NCBI GenBank assembly: GCA_963823335.1
Contig: CAWGLD010000001.1
Span: 1,504,001-1,568,000, forward strand
Direction: 5' to 3'
DNA from: an uncultured delta proteobacterium
GTDB lineage: Bacteria; Desulfobacterota; Desulfobacteria; Desulfobacterales; B30-G6
Length of the DNA stretch: 64,000 bases
Position numbers and translations under genes: made by a program
Shown here: positions 57,247-64,000 of the stretch, in pieces
Layout of the letters: the number at the start of each line of letters is the position of its first letter
Position numbering within the stretch: position 1 is the first letter of the stretch
Notes under the pieces: generated by a model
Told to the model about the DNA's origin: nothing
Database searches by the model: none
What the model saw: the letters and a program-made list of their open reading frames with translations, nothing else

Positions 57247-57993
57247 TCAAACACCGAAATAAGCAGCGCGCACATCCGGATTGTCCATCAATTTTTCGCG
57301 ACTGCCCTCGAGAACGGCGGAACCGTTTTCGAGAATAAACGCATAGTCAATGATGGGCAGAACCGGACGTGCATATTGTTCGGTAACGATGATGGAAATG
57401 TGGCGTTCATCCCGGATTTCCCTGGTGGTGCGCATGAGCATGGCTTGCATCAGGGGGCTGAGCCCCAGCAAGGGCTCGTCCAGGAGCAAAATTTTCGGCT
57501 GGGCCATGAGGGCCCGGCCAATGGCCAGCATCTGCTGCTCGCCCCCGCTTAAAAAACCACCCAGCCTGTTTTTCAGTTTTTTCAGCGCCGGGAAAACAGT
57601 GAAAACATAATCCAATGTCTCTCTGGCCTGGGCAGGGCTGGCAAGGTACCCGCCGATTTTCAGATTTTCAAGAACCGTGCTTTCCTTAAAAATGCGCCGC
57701 CGTTCCGGGCACAACACGATACCCATCCTTGCCCTCTGGCTGGGTTTTATGTCGCTCACTTCCTGGTTTTGATAACGAATACTTCCGGTCAAGGTGATAC
57801 GTTCACCACCGGACATTTCTTCTTTTTTGCGGATATCGAGCATGATGCCGGAAAGGGTATACATGAGGGTCGATTTACCGGCGCTGTTGGCTCCGAATAC
57901 GCCGACAATCTGGTTTTTTTCACAACGGATACTGACATTGTTCAAGGCCAGCATGTTCTCGTAAAAAACCATCAGTCCGCTCGCTTCAAGCAT
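57247..57993 (-). CDS. ABC transporter ATPase (LivF-like)
   Basis: GANSAGKST, LSGGEQQM and LLLDEP. Confidence 0.92.
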   Translation of the reverse strand: MLEASGLMVFYENMLALNNVSIRCEKNQIVGVFGANSAGKSTLMYTLSGIMLDIRKKEEMSGGERITLTGSIRYQNQEVSDIKPSQRARMGIVLCPERRRIFKESTVLENLKIGGYLASPAQARETLDYVFTVFPALKKLKNRLGGFLSGGEQQMLAIGRALMAQPKILLLDEPLLGLSPLMQAMLMRTTREIRDERHISIIVTEQYARPVLPIIDYAFILENGSAVLEGSREKLMDNPDVRAAYFGV

Positions 57994-58786
57994 GGCTCAT
58001 CACCTCCTCGACCTTTTCCGATCCAAAATAGGCTTCCCGGACCCGTGGATCGGCCATCACTTCCTCAGCGGTTCCTTCCACCAGTTTTTCACCGAAGTTG
58101 AGCACCATGATCCGGTTGGCTACCTGAAACAGCTCCCGCAGCCTGTGTTCGATCATAATCAGGGTAATGCCTTCCATTTGAAGGCGTTCGATCAATGGTA
58201 CCATGCTGGCGATTTCGCTCATGCTCAGACCCGAGAAGACTTCGTCACAGATGATCATCTCAGGTTTCAGCGCTAGACACCTCGCCAGTTCCAGGCGCTT
58301 GAGATATCCGGTAGGCAGGGTGGACGTCATTTTGTATGGTACGTAGGAGTCACGCTCAAAACCGATCTCTTCCAGGATGTCGATACTGACGGTGTTTCGG
58401 TCTCCAAGTTTGCCGCCGCCTCGCCAGCCGCCTGTCCGCCGCGCCCGCGGAGAGAAAAGCGGGATCACCAGATTTTTATAAGCAGGTAAACTGTAATAAG
58501 GGCGCATGATCTGGAAGGTGCGGGTGACGCCGATATCGGCAATTTTATGGGGCGGTTTGCCGGTGATATTTTTGCCATTAAACAGGACGGTACCCGAGGA
58601 AACCTTGATAAACCCGGTAACACAGTTCACGATGGTTGTCTTGCCGGATCCGTTGGGCCCGATGATGCCCAGAATATCTCCTTTGTTGACATCAAAACTG
58701 ACCCGGTTGAGGGCGATGATACCGCCGAACGTTTTGGTTATTTCTTTTACCTGAAGAATCGCTTTTCCGGTCATATTTTGGTCCAC
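57986..58786 (-). CDS. ABC transporter ATPase (LivG-like)
   Basis: GPNGSGKT, RTFQ, LELAR, IEH and V.EAYFG. Confidence 0.92.
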   Translation of the reverse strand: MDQNMTGKAILQVKEITKTFGGIIALNRVSFDVNKGDILGIIGPNGSGKTTIVNCVTGFIKVSSGTVLFNGKNITGKPPHKIADIGVTRTFQIMRPYYSLPAYKNLVIPLFSPRARRTGGWRGGGKLGDRNTVSIDILEEIGFERDSYVPYKMTSTLPTGYLKRLELARCLALKPEMIICDEVFSGLSMSEIASMVPLIERLQMEGITLIMIEHRLRELFQVANRIMVLNFGEKLVEGTAEEVMADPRVREAYFGSEKVEEVMSHA

Positions 58787-59790
58787 CTTTCAATTTGCTG
58801 ATACTTCCGCTGACCGTAAGCCATGAGGCCTTCACTTCGGAAAACAATAAAACCCAGCAGAATCAGGGAGTAAAAAACGATTCGGAGGGTACCGAAATCC
58901 CGAAGAAGTTCGGAAACCGGTACAAGGATGAGGCATCCGATCACCGGTCCCACCAGCGTGCCGCTGCCACCGATGACGGTTGCCGCAATGGGAAGTACCG
59001 AGAAATCGAGCGCAAAGGTCGAGATGCCTGCCCACATGTAAATGTGGACCAGACAGGCACCGGCCATACATCCAATGGAAGATGCGATGAGTACCGCCAG
59101 GGCCTTGTAATGGGTGATGTTGATGCCCGAGGCCCGCACAGCCTGGTCGTTGTCTTTGACGGCCCGTAAAACGAGTCCTATATCCATATTGACGAGTCGG
59201 CGGACAGCGAAGAGAAAAAGGAGCACCACGATGATGACCCAGTATTGTTCCAGCCATGCATTGGGGAAGCTGTCGATGCCCATGATACCGTCTGTTCCCC
59301 CTATAATGTCCAGCGCTTCGATGACGCGGGCCAAAAACAGGGGGTACATCAGGGTGACGATGGCAAAATAGACACCCCGTAACGGCAGGCAAGGCAATAG
59401 CAGCAGGGTGCAGAACATACCGCCCAGCAGGGTGGCACAGATAATGGCCAGAATGGGATTCATACCCAGACTGGTGTTCATAAGGGCTGTCAGATATCCG
59501 CCGGTTCCGACAAAAAGAGCACCGCCTAAAGAAACCAGCCCGGCATAATGGGCCAGAAAATCGAAGCTTATGGCCAGCAGGGCATAGATACAGACAATGG
59601 AAATCACCCGTTGCCAGTACATGCCCGGCATTACCTGGGGCAGGATCAGAAGCCCGGCAATCAGAACAAAACGGGGTGCGATCAGATACGTCATTTCTCG
59701 CCAGGACATCAAGGCATACAGTCCTTCGGTGCGAACCTTGATGCCCCTGTCGATTCTTTCCCTGCGACGTTGTTGTGTTCCTGCTTTCAC
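58771..59790 (-). CDS. ABC transporter permease (LivM-like)
   Basis: GLVSLG, LRGVYFAIVTL, GGTDG and IGGSGT..GP; GTG start overlaps the upstream stop. Confidence 0.9.
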   Translation of the reverse strand: MKAGTQQRRRERIDRGIKVRTEGLYALMSWREMTYLIAPRFVLIAGLLILPQVMPGMYWQRVISIVCIYALLAISFDFLAHYAGLVSLGGALFVGTGGYLTALMNTSLGMNPILAIICATLLGGMFCTLLLLPCLPLRGVYFAIVTLMYPLFLARVIEALDIIGGTDGIMGIDSFPNAWLEQYWVIIVVLLFLFAVRRLVNMDIGLVLRAVKDNDQAVRASGINITHYKALAVLIASSIGCMAGACLVHIYMWAGISTFALDFSVLPIAATVIGGSGTLVGPVIGCLILVPVSELLRDFGTLRIVFYSLILLGFIVFRSEGLMAYGQRKYQQIERWTKI

Positions 59791-60653
59791 ACGCGTTCCT
59801 CCAATTCTTTCTGCTGACCGAAGAGACCCGATGGCTTGAGGATCAATGTCAGGATAATGGCCAGGAGCGCCACCATCATCTGGTAATGAGATCCTAGATA
59901 AACCACCGTTAAAATTTGGGCGAACCCGATCAGAAAAGCCGCCAGTACTGCACCCATCCAGCTTCCGATACCGCCGACAATGCAAACCGCGATGGCCAGA
60001 ATCAGAACATTGTAGCCGGACTCCACCACGATATTTCCTAGAGGCAGCAGCAGAATAGCGGCAAAGGCAGCCAGCATGGAGCCTATCCCCATGGCAACCA
60101 CAGCCATCAGATCAGAGTCGATTCCCAGCATGAGTGCCGCCCGTTCATCCTGGGCCATTCCTTTCAAGGCAAGACCAATGCGGGTATAACGGGTGAAGAG
60201 CCACAAACTTGCAACCAGGGCGGCCCCGATGATCACCACCAGCAGGCGCTGATAATCCACCGAGACACCGGCGATGTTTATGCTTCCTTCGATAAATGCG
60301 GGCAAGGTATAGGTCATGCCCTTGAACCCCCCCCATCTCAAGCCTTCCAGAATCGCCAGGGCGATGGCATAAGAGGCGATGATTTCAGAAATTTCCATAC
60401 CCCTCACCCGGATCAGGAAAAACTGGTAGATCAGCGCCCCTATGATACCCGTTATGATCAGGGAGAATATGATGCTGAAAAGATAATTCATTCCAAGGGT
60501 ATTCAGGGCACTCCAGACAATGAACCCGCTCAGGACATAAAGGGCGCCGTGGGCAAAATTCGGCAGACGGCTGATACCGTAGACCAGGGCAAAACCCAGT
60601 GCATAAAGGGCCAGTGCAACGCTGTTGATGGTTCCGTATATGAGAATTTCCAT
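59787..60653 (-). CDS. ABC transporter permease (LivH-like)
   Basis: ALGFALVYG...NFAHG, T.IG.A...AQD, VGGIGS and KPSGLFG. Confidence 0.92.
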   Translation of the reverse strand: MEILIYGTINSVALALYALGFALVYGISRLPNFAHGALYVLSGFIVWSALNTLGMNYLFSIIFSLIITGIIGALIYQFFLIRVRGMEISEIIASYAIALAILEGLRWGGFKGMTYTLPAFIEGSINIAGVSVDYQRLLVVIIGAALVASLWLFTRYTRIGLALKGMAQDERAALMLGIDSDLMAVVAMGIGSMLAAFAAILLLPLGNIVVESGYNVLILAIAVCIVGGIGSWMGAVLAAFLIGFAQILTVVYLGSHYQMMVALLAIILTLILKPSGLFGQQKELEERV

Positions 60654-60696
60654 GCTAAAATCCGATTAAGTAACAAAGGGTTCCAGGGGTCAAGGA

Positions 60697-60815
60697 TTGA
60701 AGCTCCCCGCAGCAAGCAGCGGGGAATCTTCGACCTTACGGAATTCTGGCTAATTTAGATTCGCTCGCTAACCCCGCAGCAAGCTACGGGGAATACGCTC
60801 GCTGTTGCGGTTCAA
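60697..60815 (-). repeat. TTGAA...TTCAA mini-element, long form (copy F)
   Basis: 119 bp; two CCCCGCAGCAAGC..CGGGG hairpins; near reverse complement of copy D. Confidence 0.85.
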
Positions 60816-60873
60816 TAACAAGATTGCCAATCGTCAGTTGACTTTCACGTAAATGATACGTGAATAGATCTGC

Positions 60874-62139
60874 TTACTTTTCCATCCATGGTGGAAGCTG
60901 AATGGTGCCCATGGCGATACTTTTTGGATATACCACCACGCGTTTGCCCGCCTGCCACTGCAGGATGCTGCCCACGGCACCTTCCTTGGGGTCGTTTGAC
61001 GGAATGACCTGATGATTTTTGGGGTCAAATCGAAGCCTTCCATAAACACCCATGACGTCCGTCTTTTCCAGTTCAACGACCACTTTATCGGAATCCAGGG
61101 TAGCTGCCCGCTCGATAGCATCTTTTAACACATATACGGCCATGTAGCTGCTGGAAGTACCCAGACCTTCGGGTTCAACACCCCATCTTGCCGTATACGC
61201 ATCATAGAATTTCATGGTCCACGGTGTGGCATTGGAAGGTGCATTGCCTGCGTTGACGACGTTGCACAGGGTATATTCACCTTTGCCGTCGGTGGCTTCC
61301 CAGAAACCTGGCTGCTCGGCAGCCGCCAGGGTGGATCCGAAAGGCAGCGCAGGAATCTTCATCTCATACCATTGCTTCAGAAGAATGGCACTTTCCGGCA
61401 TATCCATCCAGATGTTGATGATTTCCGTGTCCGTCTTTTTGGCTTTCAAAAGACCCATTGAAAAATCGGTGGCGCCGGTGGGATAGATTTCAAGACCGGT
61501 AACATTCCAGCCCTTTTTGGTGGCAATACTTTTGATGATTTCGGCGGCACCCCGGGCGTGGGAGACATCCTGGGCAATGATGAAGAGATTGTTGAAGCCG
61601 TATTTCTCTTTCAATTCGCCAAAATTAGCAAAGATTTCGCCCACCAGGTTCACGGCTTCACCATGAATTCGAAAACAGTACTTGAACTTGTCATATTGTT
61701 CACCGACCATGGCATGGTATTTGGGCGTCAGGGCACCGGTTGTGAGAATGGATACTTTTTTATATTTTGACAACAGTGACATGGCTGCCAGGGCCGCTTC
61801 GGATCTGACCGGACCGCCGATAAGAAAATCGGCTTTTTTGTCCAGAATCAATTTTTCGACCGCCAGAAGCGCTTCACTCACCGGAACACCGGGTTCGAGA
61901 TCCCGGGTATCGATCACCTCCACCTGGAAAGGGCGCATCTTCCCGTTGACATTCACCCCTCCCTTGGCATTGATTTCTTCAACAGCCAGTTTTACGCCTC
62001 TTTCCGCATCCCAACCGTAGAGAAACGCTGTTGAAAGCGGACAGCCGATGGTGATCGGATCTTCTGCCGATGCAGGTGTGCCGGACAAAACCAATAAAAG
62101 AACACCGAGCAATGCCAGCAGCATCTTTACGTTTTTCAT
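60874..62139 (-). CDS. ABC transporter substrate-binding protein (LivJ/K superfamily)
   Basis: Signal peptide; ITIG.P, LAVEEINAKGG, DF...L and Y.AVYVL.DAIERA. Confidence 0.9.
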   Translation of the reverse strand: MKNVKMLLALLGVLLLVLSGTPASAEDPITIGCPLSTAFLYGWDAERGVKLAVEEINAKGGVNVNGKMRPFQVEVIDTRDLEPGVPVSEALLAVEKLILDKKADFLIGGPVRSEAALAAMSLLSKYKKVSILTTGALTPKYHAMVGEQYDKFKYCFRIHGEAVNLVGEIFANFGELKEKYGFNNLFIIAQDVSHARGAAEIIKSIATKKGWNVTGLEIYPTGATDFSMGLLKAKKTDTEIINIWMDMPESAILLKQWYEMKIPALPFGSTLAAAEQPGFWEATDGKGEYTLCNVVNAGNAPSNATPWTMKFYDAYTARWGVEPEGLGTSSSYMAVYVLKDAIERAATLDSDKVVVELEKTDVMGVYGRLRFDPKNHQVIPSNDPKEGAVGSILQWQAGKRVVVYPKSIAMGTIQLPPWMEK

Positions 62140-62344
62140 TTTTTTCCTCCTTCATTTTTTACCAACCGATTTTGAGTTAAACGCATTAGGTCGCAGGGTT
62201 TTGTTTCAACCCATGTTCTCTGATCTTTTGTCTGAGCTCTGAAATGGTATTCATAAGACATACGGAATTGCGATTCCTGCTGTTGATTGATCACGTGCCG
62301 ACAAAAAAGTAAAGGACATTTAGTCAATGAATTGCATTAATAAA

Positions 62345-62656
62345 TCAGGCAACATCCGGAGGGTCTGGATGTTCTTTTTTTGAGACGCACTCTTTTTCCT
62401 GGATATCGTCCTTGAGGAATTCGTAGAGGCTGCCGGTGTAGTTACACTGAATGGTCTCTTCGATTTTCTTGACAAGATAGGCCCTGGTTTCCGGTTCACC
62501 GTCCAGTTTGAGACGGAAGGCGATGATATGCTGAAGGTTCCGGTCTTGTTTGTCTTTTTCGGGAACCAGGAGCATGACTCTTTCCAGGATGGTGTGCAGG
62601 TCGTCGTCGCGGTCTTCGATGGTGATGATGTCTGCTGTCATTGTTTCTCCATGCAA
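62345..62656 (-). CDS. Hypothetical protein
   Basis: Plausible ORF; the true start is probably MTMTAD after a GGAG. Confidence 0.6.
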   Translation of the reverse strand: MHGETMTADIITIEDRDDDLHTILERVMLLVPEKDKQDRNLQHIIAFRLKLDGEPETRAYLVKKIEETIQCNYTGSLYEFLKDDIQEKECVSKKEHPDPPDVA

Positions 62657-62712
62657 TAATATTTTCTACGATATGCCGGAGGCAGGGAGGGACTTCGTAG
62701 AAAATGTTTGGG

Positions 62713-62970
62713 TTAGAGGCTACCGGCCAACATGGCCGCTTCGCTGTCAGGCGCGATGGACATGGCTACTTTTCCAGACACATGATAGGCCGCATCCACG
62801 AGATCGAACGATTTGTCTTTTAAGAAGGCAATAATTGCATTTTCAGCTGTTTTACCATCGACTTCCCGGATTAAAACCATCATACGTGGTTTATGCATGG
62901 ATTCCAGAAGAAGTTTGAGCGCAGCCAGATCCGCTTCATTCGTAACCTTCCCTAAAAGCGTTATATGATT
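62713..62970 (-). pseudogene. Probable fragment of a larger protein
   Basis: The frame stays open upstream of the ATG (..DLAALKLLLESMHKPRMMVLIRE..) but has no proper start; it looks like an internal piece. Confidence 0.4.
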
Positions 62971-63046
62971 TTCTTATAGCACTGATTCTCTGGATTGATC
63001 AAGTGGCTCTTCCGAGAGAAAGGATTCCCCTGGCGGCAATTTTTTC

Positions 63047-63625
63047 GGACACGGCTTTTTTTTAAAAAAAATGGCCCGGAGAGGGTGGGCCGTGGAAGGT
63101 ATCGAAGTATCCGGGCCAGGACGGCAATATGCCAGAGAAACACTGGGTCTTTCCATCCATTCAAAGCGGTTGGAAGAGATGGACTTTCCAGAAGCATGTT
63201 TTGATGTGGTCACCTTGTTTTATGTCATCGAGCACGTTCATGATCCGGGGTTGATTTTAAAGGAAGTGTTTCGTATTCTCAAACCGGGTGGGATGGTTTT
63301 GCTTCGATGGCCGCACGCCACACCGGTGATAAAAATTCTGGGGCCGTTTGCAAAAAGGTTCGATATCTATCACACACCCTTTCACCTGTATGATTATAAT
63401 CCCCGGGCCATGCAGCGGCTTTTGGAGGTATCCGGTTTTACGGACGTTCGGAATATGATCGGTGGATTCACACTACCGGGGAAACGATTTTATCGCTGGT
63501 CCTCGGTGATCTTCGGAAAAATTGCCGAGGCTTTCTATTCATTTTCCGCCGGGAGACTTCTTCTGCCGGGTGTCAGCAAGACAACCATCGGGTTTAAAGA
63601 TGCAGAACACGATCTTGATCATTGA
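63047..63625 (+). pseudogene. 5'-truncated class I SAM-dependent methyltransferase
   Basis: Begins mid-motif I (GHGFFL, preceding DxGCG part absent); FDVVTLFYVIEHVHDP, LKPGG and PFHLY. Confidence 0.7.
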
Positions 63626-64000
63626 AGATGATGCCAACACCGCAGCATTGATAACCCTTTACTGCGAGCGTGAAGGGTTTCGCGCGCTCAGGGCAGTCGA
63701 TGGAATGTCCGGTCTGGACAAGGCCGGCAAGGAACGGCCGGACCTCGTTATCCTGGACCTGATGCTGCCTGAAATGGATGGCTGGGAGGTGTGCCGGCGG
63801 ATCCGCCAGACTTCCGATGTTCCCATTATCATGCTCACCGCCCGGGGAGATGAAATCGACCGGGTGTCCGGGCTTTCATTGGGCGCCGACGACTACGTTG
63901 TCAAACCGTTCAGCCCCAGGGAGCTTGTTGAGCGGGTCAAGGCTGTCCTGAGGCGGGTCCAGCGCCCGCTTCAAGAGGAATCGCACCTTTTGTCTCATGC
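63600..64000 (+). CDS. OmpR-family response regulator, partial
   Basis: MQNTILIIEDD...PDLVILDLMLPEMDG...IIMLTARG...GADDYVVKPFSPREL..RVKAVLRR; runs off the window. Confidence 0.92.
   Translation, partial: MQNTILIIEDDANTAALITLYCEREGFRALRAVDGMSGLDKAGKERPDLVILDLMLPEMDGWEVCRRIRQTSDVPIIMLTARGDEIDRVSGLSLGADDYVVKPFSPRELVERVKAVLRRVQRPLQEESHLLSH

Noticed and set aside
14008-62242. Numerous antisense or alternate-frame ORFs in the track overlapping confident genes (e.g. 39006-39833, 25881-26681, 53436-54140)
   Set aside because: They are fully nested opposite well-supported CDSs and show no motifs, as is typical of shadow ORFs.
62280-62300. GGCACG on the minus strand upstream of the ABC binding-protein gene as a sigma-54 promoter
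   Set aside because: There is no TTGC at the -12 position.

Overview
A 64 kb bacterial chromosome segment, most likely from a sulfate-reducing Desulfobacterota (Desulfobacterales-like; inferred from a complete qrcABCD operon and the gene content). Part 1 (1-12.7 kb) is a visibly AT-richer genomic island anchored at tRNA-Glu(CTC). It ends in a 5'-truncated tyrosine integrase fused to an IS21 remnant. All of its cargo genes (haloalkane dehalogenase, DUF2271-like, cupin, amtB, GGDEF, PAS-LuxR, several fragments) lie on the minus strand. They are punctuated by three copies of an unexplained ~165 bp TGGAGA...GGAGA-bounded repeat with an invariant 24 bp core, plus partial copies. Part 2 (12.9-45.8 kb) is housekeeping backbone: mltB-like, radA, rlmE, yebC-like, nadA, lolA, lgt, an ECF/anti-sigma/Spy triad, an orphan DNA MTase, tRNA-Ala, ppiD, amrA, a UvrD helicase, an M16 peptidase, qrcABCD plus a small membrane ORF, murA and comEC. 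Part 3 (45.9-54.3 kb) is a co-directional cluster: acyl-CoA synthetase alpha, class III aminotransferase, a kinase-like DUF6206-type protein, a C69 Ntn-hydrolase, a small Cys protein, a GltS-like transporter and a sphingosine-1-phosphate-lyase-like enzyme. It may encode an undescribed sphingoid or amino-alcohol catabolic route. Part 4 (54.4-64 kb) holds a Liv-type ABC transporter with a CoA ligase and nitroreductase, gene fragments and a partial OmpR regulator. Intergenic spaces carry six copies of a TTGAA...TTCAA palindromic mini-element, a TA-flanked MITE and many degenerate 7/8-mer hairpins. All calls come from reading motifs by eye; no searches were run.
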